From Sphyrna mokarran (Eukaryota), in contig JAGIQG010000006.1 of the NCBI GenBank assembly GCA_024679065.1, positions 59,272,001 to 59,336,000 on the forward strand: a DNA stretch of 64,000 bases, read 5' to 3'. The notes below the pieces were generated by a model, which worked only from the letters and a program-made list of their open reading frames with translations, did not search any database and was not told where the DNA came from. Both the position numbers and the translations under genes were made by a program. Each line of letters starts with the position of its first letter. Positions within the stretch are counted from its first letter, which is position 1. Shown here one piece after another: positions 53,880-64,000 of the stretch.

Positions 53880-54345
53880 CTTTTTAAATGCAGTGTTGTT
53901 AATGAGGCTGGAGTAGTGGATTATGAAAGGACATTAATGTAAAATGAAAAATCCATCCTTTTCTTAAAAGCCCTGTCACAGTGATCTTATACACACTGTG
54001 TATAGCCTTGTTTATTTCACTTCTCTCCTCTTTCTGTTTTTCCTCCTCAGCCTCCTCCTTCTCTAAATTGATGGCTGAACTTCAACATATAGAATCCAAA
54101 TGTGACTGGATAACAAAAGCATCCTGCAGAATGCGTGAACCCCAGCAGACCATTGCAAAATTCTATATTTTTGCTACAATTAACAGACAGCATTGCAAAA
54201 TTGATCTCTGAATTTTAAGTTAGTAACTCTACATTGGAACAACTTCACTGGATCCCAAAAGTAGTCCCAATTCTTTTCAATGGATCATCATTTATTTGGG
54301 ATCATATCATATTTTATTGATAATTTCCCACTATTGTCGAGTAGC
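53880..54345 (-). pseudogene. Nav-like exon C: DI pore/S6, short I-II linker, DII S1
   Basis: Acceptor tcattcag, donor AAG|gtaaaa. NWDYFWDPVKLFQ resembles SFDTFSWAFLSLFR; acidic EKEEAEEEKQKEE follows S6; CPFIIHYSSLINNTAF resembles DPFVDLAITICIVLNTLF. Confidence 0.6.
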
Positions 54346-55814
54346 CTGAATGAATATTATTGACATTTACCATTTATTACCATCTTCTTCTTACAGAGGT
54401 CAAAAGTAAAGCTGAAATCTTCTGTCATGCTTGTGGCTGTGATTTTCTGGTTCTCCAATTGCGCATGCACAGAACAAAAAAAATGATGGAATGCCTCTCC
54501 CCTGCCAGATCTCCCCTGGGCCAAGTAATACCTTTCCTTGGCCTCCACAAGAATTTCCCCACTCCCACAACTTAAATGGCCCCTTGTTTCCCGCCTCCGC
54601 CACCCAGATCAAGTGTGGGCCCCTCCCCTTCTCCCTCACTGATCTCAGGCAAAATGGCAATGAGCCCCCTTTCCCTCCCCTCCCACGGATCTCAAGCAGA
54701 GAGCCTTCATATAAGGCACCTACTTCCTCATGAACCGAAGTGCCCGAATTATTGTGAAGCTTGTCTTTCTTGCATAGGTTCTGGATGGGCAAACACAATG
54801 GTAAAGGGAGAAGTGCCAGTAAAGTTGAGTGTGCAGAACATTAAGTCAATTTAAATACATGCATTTGGAGCCTTAATAAAGGGGGAACTGGTGTGGAGGC
54901 AGGCGCAGATCACGCTACTCATTTCATGCCTGAGTTTATCAAGTTTTGCTGCCCAAAAACAGGTGCAATGTGATAGTAAAATTGGGCCCTATGTGTTAGC
55001 AACTTCCTAAAAATAGGTCAGCAAGTTGAGGATAATCTCCACACAAAGAGCAGCATAATTCATTATCCATTCTGATAGGTGTGTCAAAGTGGTTCAGCTT
55101 GGCTGTCTCCCTTGGGAACACAACACCACATTGGAACGAAACCTTGTTCTTACCACTTGACACTTCTTGACATCTTTTTATTTTGGTTTGCAAATTGGTA
55201 GTAATAATTACACACCCAGCATTTCTTTATTCCATACTCATTATTCATGCAGTCCTTGCATTATAAAAGCTATTGACCCAACTTCCCCTCCAGCTTCTCA
55301 TGTTATTGAGCTGATATTCTAGATAGTTTGTTCTCTTCAGGTATTGGCTCTTTCTTTACCGTCACTGCCTTCTTCTGAAAGTCTTCCATCACACTTGCAG
55401 ATGTCTTCATCTCAGCCATCCTTTTCCTCTCCAAAATCCTTGTAAACATTTTTGCCTCCTAGATCCAGGCAGAATGGAATTCCCAAAACTCTGTGCTTAT
55501 ATTTCCCCAATCAGATTTGTGGCTCTGTCACAGTGCTGAAACAGCATGAAGTCACATTGGCACTATTTACAACTCTACTGCCCTCACATCACCCACAGTT
55601 CAAGCATTGTCTCCCTCCTCCCCGCGCCAGCTTAAAGCTCACTTCTTAAAAACAGTCAGGATTCTGAGCTCAGGCATAACTTCAGCTAGCTACACCTGTT
55701 CATATTTGTTGTGGTTGAATTTTTCCTGCAACGACACAGAGAGGATGAATGTAGGCGGGTATCATGAGACTGAAGTTGGTGATGAGATGTTGAGATGATG
55801 AGATAGAAATGAGA

Positions 55815-56135
55815 TGGGTGGCACAGTGGCACAATCGTGAGCACTATTGCCTCACAACATCAGAGACCCAAGTTCGATTCTTGGTTTGGATCACTGTCTA
55901 TTTGGAATTTGCATATTCTCCTTGTTTCTGCATGGGGTTCCTCTGGATTCCCTGGCTTTCCCTCACAGTCCAAAAATGTGCAGGTTAGGTGGATTGGTAA
56001 TGCTAAATTGCCTTTTAGTTAAGATAAATGCGTGGGGCTGTGGAGCAAAAGCCAGGGTGGGATTGTGGTCAGTGCAGACTCAATGGGCCAAATGGCCTCC
56101 TTCTGCCCTGTAGGGTTTCCATGATTCTATGATTC
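55815..56135 (+). mobile_element. HE1-type SINE
   Basis: GGGTGGCACAGTGGCACAA head and ATGATTCTATGATTCT tail. Confidence 0.85.
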
Positions 56136-56609
56136 TGTGTGGTAGACGTGATGATCGCATGGGACAGCTGGAGTGTAAGGAGTGTGGTAGCCCCCAGGAG
56201 GAACATGGCGATTTTTGGACGGGGGAGGAGGTTCTCGAGTCTGGTATTGGCAACACCTGATGTAGCTGGGTATCAGATGGAGTTGTGTGGGGGTATGAGG
56301 GGTGTGTGAGGGGGTCCAGAGGGGGACCTGGAGTGGTTCACTTACCCTGCCTGAGCAAAGAGACTGTTGATGTTCTTCCACCACTGTTGTCCCATTCTCT
56401 TACAGAGTGTGCTGGAATTCACTAGGACTGGCACCGCAACTCAGGACCAGGTTATCAGAGCCCAGTGGTGGGCGGGTGGGGGGGGGGTGGTGGTTATGTG
56501 CAGTTCTAGGATAAGAGGCATCTCTGAGTAATTATCCTGCTCTCCCAGGATTTGAGCTGCATTCCCTCCAGACATACCGACTATCTGTTTAAAAAAACTG
56601 AATTTTAAA

Positions 56610-56850
56610 ACATAAGACCATAAGACATAGGAGCAGGATTAGGCCCATTGAGTATGCTCCGCCATTCAATCCTGGCTAATATTTTTCTCATCACCATTCT
56701 CCTGCTTTTCCCCCATAACCCCTGATCCCCTTGTTAATCAAAAACCTCTCTATCTTTGTCTTAAACACGCTCAATGACCTGGCCTCCATAGCCTTCTGTG
56801 GCAAAGAGTTCCACAGATTCACCACTCTTAGGCTGAAGGAATTCCTCCTC
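56610..56850 (-). mobile_element. CR1 3' end
   Basis: CATAAGACCATAAGAC tail and typical CR1 3' UTR. Confidence 0.75.
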
Positions 56851-57070
56851 TTCTACATTCACCTTAAAATAGCAAAAATAATCCACACCAACTACTGTCA
56901 TCATAACTGGAAAAGGGAATAAAGCAGAAGCCACACAGACTTTAACAGGTTTTAACCAAGATCACGTGACATGTCAGTACAGGGCAAAATATCTGCTGCT
57001 TATCTGGATAAGCACAGTAAGAAGTCTGACAACACCAGGTCTAAGTCCAACCAATTTATTTGATTGTAAA

Positions 57071-57109
57071 CTCACAAACTTTCGGGGTTTGCCTCTTCGT
57101 CAGGTGAAT
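57071..57109 (-). ncRNA. Second, slightly degenerate minimal hammerhead motif in the inverted arm
   Basis: Reverse complement ATTCAC-CTGACGA-AGAGGCAAACCCC-GAAA-GTTT-GTGAG. Confidence 0.5.
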
Positions 57110-57209
57110 GGAGAGTTCTAGCCTCAGACAGAGCATATAACAGCACACACAGTTTACAGATTACTGATTAGAATGCGAGTCCATTGAGAATGTGAGGCCA
57201 GAACTCTCC

Positions 57210-57249
57210 ATTCACCTGACGAAGGGGCAAACCCTGAAAGCTTGTGAAT
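57210..57249 (+). ncRNA. Minimal type I hammerhead ribozyme motif
   Basis: ATTCAC-CTGACGA-AGGG(GCAAA)CCCT-GAAA-GCTT-GTGAAT: stem I, CUGANGA core, stem II, GAAA, palindromic AGCT in place of stem III. Confidence 0.65.
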
Positions 57250-58019
57250 TTACTATCAAATAAATTGGTTTGACTTAAACCTGGTGTTGTCAGACTTCTT
57301 ACTGTGTTTACCCCAGTCCAACACTGGCATCTCCACATCATATCTGGATAAGATCAGGCTGTTCAAAGCAATGGCTTGCAGGGTTTTCTAGTTGCCAAGT
57401 AAAAGAAAATTGGCCCCAAGTGGTAGGTATACATTAATGAACTATACAGTTTTCGAATGGTGTTTAAATGAATAAGATATTTGATAGAGTAAATACAGAA
57501 AATTTATTTTCTCTGGTAAGGTCCCAAACAATTAAAATTAATGCTCGAAAAATTTAGGAGTGAAATCAGGAAGCACCTTTTCACACAGAATGTAATATAA
57601 TTCTGAAACTCTCTCCTCCAAAAGGCTGTGAATGTGAGGAGCATATTTGTTAGGTAAGGGTAACAAGGAATGTGGAGCACAGATGGATAATGAATTTGAT
57701 ATACAGATCAACCACCAACACAGCAGTGACACAGACATCATATTGGAGAGGTTTCCTGGCAAGCACTCCAATACGTTGAGCATTTGGTGGCGCACAAGAG
57801 GCACTTTCTTTGATAGATTTGTTCCCTGAAGTCTGTGTGGCTTCTGCTTTATTCCCCACAACACTTTGATAGTAGTTGCTATAGATATATACATATTTTG
57901 TTTATGCTTAAGGGGAATGTTTTAAAATTCTGTTTTCTCTACATCTAGGTGGTATATCTGGACGGAATGCAGCTCAGCTGCTGTGACAGCAGGAATAATC
58001 ACTCATTTTAACCATGCCA

Positions 58020-58255
58020 TCATGATATGGAGATGCAGGCATTGGACTGGGGTGGGCATAATAAGAAGTCTCACAACACCAGGTTAAAGTTCAACAAGCT
58101 CTCGGAGCGCTGCACCATTATCAGGTGAGTGGAGAGATAAGTCCACAAACACAGCATACACAGACGAAGACACCATTGCAAGATAATTACAGATTAGAAT
58201 GTGAAGGACAGTTGGAATGCGAATCTTTACAGGTAATAAAATCTTTACAGGTAAA
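58020..58255 (-). mobile_element. Penelope-type fragment (family 1)
   Basis: Same terminus as 57250-57340, in reverse orientation. Confidence 0.7.
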
Positions 58256-58603
58256 AATAAACAGTACTGTTTGTACCTTTCCCATCTAACACAAATATTC
58301 AACATAAACATGCAGCAATTATTGACCTGTCCGCAACAGTATGTTCTGATAGTTAGACCCGGTTTGTAAGAGAAGTCAGTTCTCTTACAACTTAAAACAG
58401 GCACACATCTGTCTTGATTACCTGAGCACCTCTGCAATGAATTGAATGCTGTTAAGACAAGAAGGACAAATGCTAATCATTGCTTTTAATTATAGAACTA
58501 ACATAACTTGAGAAACAATGATGAAAATGGAGTAATTCCATTAGTAAGTTTGCTTCTCAATGATCCAATTTTCATTCTTGAATGACGATTCCATTACATT
58601 TAC

Positions 58604-59245
58604 CTATTTTAGGAATTAATGAGGATTAAGGTCAATAATCGTACAAGTAATCATTCTTTCAGAAAATTTATTTCACAAACATTGAACAGGGCTATTAGTA
58701 ATTGTACAATCTGCTGCACAGTTTCTAACTGAAATTATTTGGTACATTTTCTCTTTTGCTGCCTGGGGATTTGTGACATTTACATAGCGAGGCAGATCTC
58801 AGAATCCAAGCAACACATAAGAGCAACTTCATGCAGAGTTGTTTGAAAATTACAACTGTGAATTTTAATATTTGTTCCTGGCCAATGAGTATATATAACC
58901 CACGTATCAACTGAGCATTCTGCGCGTAAGAGACTGGAACAAAGGCAGCTGTGCCTTCAGATGCTAGAGGGAAAGCCTTTTTTCTATTTCATCGTGTGGT
59001 ATCTGGAGTCCTGGCAATTATTACAAAGAAATTATGGATATCGTCAACGGCAACACAATTAATTAAATACAGTTTCAGAAATCCATGGTGCTATTGAGCA
59101 GGGCAGATTAATCCCAAGAACGAAAATCAAGAACTTCATTAGGAATTCTCTCAATTGGCCGTTTAACTTCTGTGTAAAATCAGTGGAAGCCACATATGTG
59201 CAATTGAAGCTGTTGTAGTTTTCCTTCAGGAGGGTGAACATATGT
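58604..59245 (-). pseudogene. Nav-like exon B: DI S2-S5
   Basis: Acceptor tgtttacag, donor AG|gtaaat. EFLMK...APW resembles ESLIK...DPW; LIRGL...LKFTVVIFKQLCMKL resembles LRAL...[15 protein letters not shown]. Frameshifted, with stops. Confidence 0.7.
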
Positions 59246-60569
59246 CTGTAAACACGATTAGAAGGGAAGTGATGTATGAATTGTATGTTCCAGTCTTAGT
59301 TTCACTTTTGCTGCAAGTAACAGAATAAACAGCCCTAAATTCCCCAAAAGATTGTTCTCCTGTCTAAGCTTAATAAATGAACTCACAATTTGTTTATCCA
59401 ATCAATTATGAGCAATTGGTGCTCTGCTGTCTTATGCAGCAAATAAGGTCAGAAGCTTCTCACATTATAAAAACACAACAACATCCCACGCTTCTATCAG
59501 TCTTACAGGTTGGAAAAATTCCATTGCATGGCCCCAGTGCAAGGGTGACTCGAACCAGTATTCTGTGATGTATATGTTAGTGATAGCCTATCCTGCCAGA
59601 GTTGATCTGAATTGGGAGATCAGTGATATTCACAGAAGAGGAACATTTGATCTTGCCTCTTTATTTGAAATTGGAACTCAGGCTAAAATTTTACACGTCT
59701 AGGCTGGCACACAACTGACTCAACATTGTGTAAAATCTCACAAGGAGATGTCAGAAGTCTTTCCCAGTGCCATCTGAGGCATGTGCATGAATTGGAGGTG
59801 ACACCCACCAATAATTAAAGAGCTAATTAAGACCATTAAAAGTCTAATTGCCCGTGATTTCACTCTTCCCATGCAATTTTCAGCTTGTCACATGGGGAAA
59901 ATGGAGGGAAGGATAAAAGGCTTCCAGAATAGTAGCAGCTTGACTGTGATAGCTGGGTGAGTATAGAGTTTTGCTTGAATTTCCTAGTTGCTGTTTAGTA
60001 TTTGAGGGTGATCTTCAGCATTTCAGGATTTCCCTGGAACGTTTTCATGAGGATTGTAGGAGGAAGATCTCTCATTTGCAAAGTCCTGGGCCTCTGCATC
60101 TGCTCCATTGGGGATAGTCTATGCTGTTGATGGAACATCCTCTGAAGAGGAAGAGAAAGGTAGAAGGGAGAGGAAGCCAAGTGAGATAGGCAACGCCCCA
60201 GAGAGAGATCTGTAAGAGGAAAGGCACAGGCTGAGTTCGTGCAGGGACAGTGGAGAGACTCAAGGCAGTAGTGGACACCAAAGATGCCACTTACCAATGA
60301 CTAGAGTATACAAATTGGGCGGGTAAGTGGATCTGAGTACAAGATAGGAGCAGCTATGATCTTATTGAATGATGGAGCAGGCTTGAAGGGCCAGATAGCC
60401 TACCCCTGCTCCTGGTTCTTATGTTCTTACGTTCTTACAGACAGTGCACCAATTACCTTCAGATATCCAAGACCCATGTTAGAGAAGGCTACACATCTCC
60501 AGGGATACAGTGACATTAATTTGTGGCTCAATGGATCCCAAAATTACCTCCAACTGCATTGGTGGACTT

Positions 60570-61260
60570 CTGATACTGATGGTGCTTAAAATTACCATGA
60601 CCCTCAATTTCTACACCTCTAGTTCATTACAGGGCTCAGTGTGGAATCTGTGTGGCATCTAGCAATCAGCCACACATAATTGTGTCAAGCTAATGACTGT
60701 TGCCACCTTCACTCACACATATATTTTCATCAACTACCAGAGAGACAAGGGCAACCAGGCAGAGAGAGCATGAAGGTTTGCAGGGAAAGCTGGACTCTCC
60801 CTGCATTCAGTGTGCTATAGACTGCATGCATGTGGCCATCAGGGTGCCAGCAGGAGAGCCAGGGGTTTTTATCAACAGGAAAGGGTACATGCAGACTGCC
60901 CGTAACCATTCAACACAGATTTTACAAGTCCATGTCCTTCACCCAGGGAGCTCAAATGATTCATACATCTTGCAGTGCTCCCAGGTACCAGTGCTGTTTG
61001 TGGCTCCTGAAAGATTGACTGATGCCCCCATTCTATCACCTAAGAACTGAGGTAGAGGACAGACAAAACAGTCTGTCCTCTACCTCATCCACAAGAGTAT
61101 TGGAAGAGAGGACCATCTGGCTACACAAGATGCACTTCTGCTGCCTTGACCGATCCAAGGGGTCACTGCAGTATCCACCAGAGAGTGTCTCCCTCATAAT
61201 GATTGCATGCTGTGCTGGGCACAATGGCATTCTGACAAGAGGGCACTTAGTAGAGGCTGA
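60570..61260 (+). mobile_element. PIF/Harbinger DDE transposase remnant
   Basis: AIDCMHVAIRVP...FINRKG...PGSSNDSYIL and ERTI..K.HFCCLDRSKGSLQYPP...IACCAGHN; frameshifted and deleted. Confidence 0.85.
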
Positions 61261-62039
61261 GGAGAGTGAGGCAGGACCGTAGGCCTGAGAGGATGACGGA
61301 TCCGAGGATAAGCCTCGGAAAGTATAGGGTACGCACTTCGAGGTATAAAATAGAAAGAGGGCAGGGTAATGAGTTGCAAGTATATTAAAATCAGCTTCTT
61401 GACTTCCCTTGGCATGATCTGCACTTCTCAGCCAGCAAAGAGCTTTGAAAATCACACCACTTGATTACGCTGGTGTGAATTGCACTTCTTAATTTTCATG
61501 GCATTTTGATGCCACTCAAAAAACTCTCACATAGATGGTACAATATCAAAATTCCCACTTATTGTGGAATTCTGACAGGAAATCTGAACTTTGTGGATGA
61601 ATTGAGTTTAATTTTCACATGGATTCTTCCATTCACCACTGGTGGATGAACTATGGAAACCTTAAATGTTTTGCTATCATGAGGTTTTAGGCAGCTTTTC
61701 CGCTGGAGCTATAGGGACAAGTGGGAAAATTCCTACTACCCTCCTCACGAAAGAAAACTGATATCAGAAACTGTGAGAAACTCCTGGTTAAAAAAAAAAA
61801 TCATGTTAATTCCTTACAATTGTTTTTAATTGTTGTGCTGTTTCAGTATTGCAATAATTGCCCAAAGATGAACCTGATCATGCACTTTATTTTCATCTTT
61901 CAGGCGGGATGGACAAAAATGTATCAAATTTTATCTGTCCTCTATTGAACTACGAAATGCAAATAAGATTTTAATTGTTTAACATGGTCATGTTAAAATC
62001 TTGTCTTGAGTTGTGTTAAGATATTTATAGAAAAATCTT

Positions 62040-62830
62040 AAGATCATAAGAAATAGAAACCATTTGGCCCGTTGAGCCTGCTCCACTGTTCTATAAGATT
62101 ATGGCTGTTCTGATTGTAGCATTAACTTCGCTTTCCTGCCTGTCCTCATAACCTTTGACTTGTTGATCAAATGTCTGTTTAACTCAGCCTTGAGTATATT
62201 CAATGACCCAGCCTCCATTCTGTCTGTGGAATAGAATTCCAAAGCCTAATGAGAGAAGAAATTCCTCTTTATTCCATCTTAAATATAAAAATCCTCATTT
62301 TTAATCTACATCTACATTTCTAGATTCCCCCATGAAAGCAGACATCATCTCAGCATCTATCTTGTCTTTCCATCTCAGAATCATAAATGTTTCAATAAAA
62401 ACACGTTCTTCTGAACTCCAATGAGTATATGCCTAATCTGCTGAAACATTCTAGATGAAACAACTCCTTTCTCACAAGGGTTAGCCTAGTGAATCTTCTC
62501 TGAATTGTTTTCAATCCAAGTATATCCCTTTCTAATTAAAAGTCCAAAACAATACACAATACTTTGGGTGCAGTTTCATAATGCCCTTTACAGCTTTAAC
62601 AAGACATCCCTATTTTCATACTTCATCCCCCCCGCAATAAAAGTCAACATTCCTTTTTCCCACCTAATTACTTGCTGTATCTGGTTTATGTACAAGGATA
62701 CCCAGATCCCAGCATTATGCAGTCTCCCTCCATTTAAATGATACTCTTTTTTTATTCTTCCTGCAAAAAGTGGAAACCTCACATTTTCCCACATTATACT
62801 CTATCTGACAATTTTTTGCTCACTCACTTA
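62040..62830 (-). mobile_element. Decayed CR1 3' portion
   Basis: GMLTFIAGGMKYENRDVLLKL plus the 3' UTR. Confidence 0.75.
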
Positions 62831-63498
62831 ATTTACCTTGGTTCAAATGGATTATCCTCCCAAAATAGCATTAAGCTGTGTTATGGATGAAAAGATGGAT
62901 GAACGATCATTATGCTGTTAGATGAGATATTCTCTGCAAACTTTGGACTGGATTTGATGCTGTCCTGTTGTTGGATTTTAAGGTAGTGAGAGGGAAGTAA
63001 AGTGCAGATTGCCTTCTTGCCACCTAATCACCCACCCCTAACCTATCAGAAGGATTATGGGGAGGTAGGGTAGGTGAGGCATTGGACTGCACGTTCACCA
63101 TGAGGCCTATTATCGCTATTAAGTGGCCAATTGATAGTCGCTTAAGGGCCTTATTCTGCTATCACTGGTATTTTCCCTACAGTAGTGGCTGCCCATGCTT
63201 GGCGGGAAGTCTGACAGCTTTAACTGAGCAGGTTAGTGTCTGGGAAGCAGGACACAGGGCTCCTTTGGCCCCTCAGAGGCACCCCCCATTGCAAGATCAT
63301 CCTCACATTTAATCTTTCCCTGGTCTCTTGAACACAGCTCGCTATCCCTTCAACTCCTCACTGAGGACTTCTGACCCTGGATCTACTGGAGCTCTTCATC
63401 TGGTGGGACATCATTCCTGGCTGGTGCTGCTGGGACTTCAGAGATAGCTCTCTAAAGTGAAACTTCCTCTCAAAATAAGGGCAGGTGATAACAGACAC

Positions 63499-63713
63499 CA
63501 AGTGAAAATTCAACAATAAGCAGAAGGCTATGATACAAACAAACACTGTCCTCAGCAATACTGGAGGGCACGGATAGGTTGTGCTGTTCAATGAATTTAT
63601 ATCACCCATTAGAGAGTGTATAAGTACTGACATATTCTTTATTTTTAAAAATGGCATGAGAAGTTTCATCAAGCCCACTCTTGTCAATCTAATCTTTCTG
63701 AATGTTTTATCGC
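63499..63713 (-). pseudogene. Nav-like exon A: N-terminal region and DI S1
   Basis: Acceptor ttttatttctcag; reads GDKTF...LLMPFLKIKNMSVLIHSL...VFVCIIAFCLLLNF, resembling KKTF...[32 protein letters not shown]. Donor position uncertain. Confidence 0.6.
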
Positions 63714-64000
63714 CTGAGAAATAAAACATTATGATGTGAACCAATTTTTTTGCCTCACCATGTATTAACTCAGAATAACATTAGGGGAATTGAAGAAATG
63801 CATGTCTCAAACACAGAAATCTTGACAAACTCAAAAGGAAATGTTATTGTTACACCTTTGTGTCATATTATCATCTCAGTAGGTATAGGGAAATGTTAGT
63901 CAATTCCATAAAGTGGAAGCACTCGTAGTACTTAAGAGAGTAACTGATACTATCATGCCTGAGTAACTATCTATGATTGTTCCAACTTTGTAAACCTATA

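Larger units (their letters stand above)
57013..57340 (+). mobile_element. Penelope-type hairpin element (family 1) with perfect 12-bp TSD
   Basis: TATCTGGATAAG at 57001-57012 and 57341-57352; inverted arms of ~110 bp. Confidence 0.85.
38050..63713 (-). pseudogene. Decayed multi-exon four-domain voltage-gated sodium channel alpha subunit (Nav1/SCN-like) pseudogene; 5' exon(s) probably lie beyond the window
   Basis: Ten minus-strand segments translate in collinear order to Nav motifs: DI S1; DI S2 to S4-S5 (LKFTVVIFKQLCMKL vs [15 protein letters not shown]); DII (LNRTIHCAQRSASIMG vs [23 protein letters not shown] vs GNLTLVL); anchor motif; DIII pore loop; III-IV linker (GSTKSQK vs GSKKPQK); DIV (LFQI; CGGA/CIGI vs CGNPSVGI); EF-hand. 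Many stops and frameshifts. Confidence 0.85.

Noticed and set aside
55815-55890. tRNA genes at SINE heads
   Set aside because: A/B-box heads run directly into the SINE core and CR1-like tail; no complete cloverleaf.
60700-61282. Domesticated HARBI1 gene
   Set aside because: Frameshifted, internally deleted and with altered catalytic motifs; a transposon relic.
38050-63713. Calling the locus a functional gene, a specific SCN symbol, CatSper or Cav
   Set aside because: Many stops, frameshifts and exonic TE insertions. Four domains plus Nav-specific linkers exclude CatSper and favour Nav over Cav, but divergence is too high to name a paralogue.

Overview
Vertebrate nuclear DNA, almost certainly from a shark or other elasmobranch, judged from the dense HE1-type tRNA-derived SINEs and CR1/HER1-type LINEs. 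Much of it is transposon debris: CR1, Rex1/Babar, RTE, PIF/Harbinger fragments and MITEs, and Penelope-type hairpin elements with minimal hammerhead motifs. I see no intact host gene. The main result is on the minus strand, mostly hidden from the ORF track: a decayed, spliced, four-domain voltage-gated sodium channel (Nav1/SCN-like) alpha-subunit pseudogene. About ten exons run collinearly from domain I S1 (~63.7 kb) to the C-terminal EF-hand (~38 kb), with possible tail exons down to ~18.6 kb. It keeps AG/GT splice sites, phase-consistent at four junctions, and a remnant of the ankyrin-binding anchor motif. It lacks the IFM inactivation latch, has very short linkers, and its exon layout differs from canonical vertebrate SCN genes. 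All alignments were made by eye against remembered Nav1 sequence, not by database search, and repeat boundaries are approximate.
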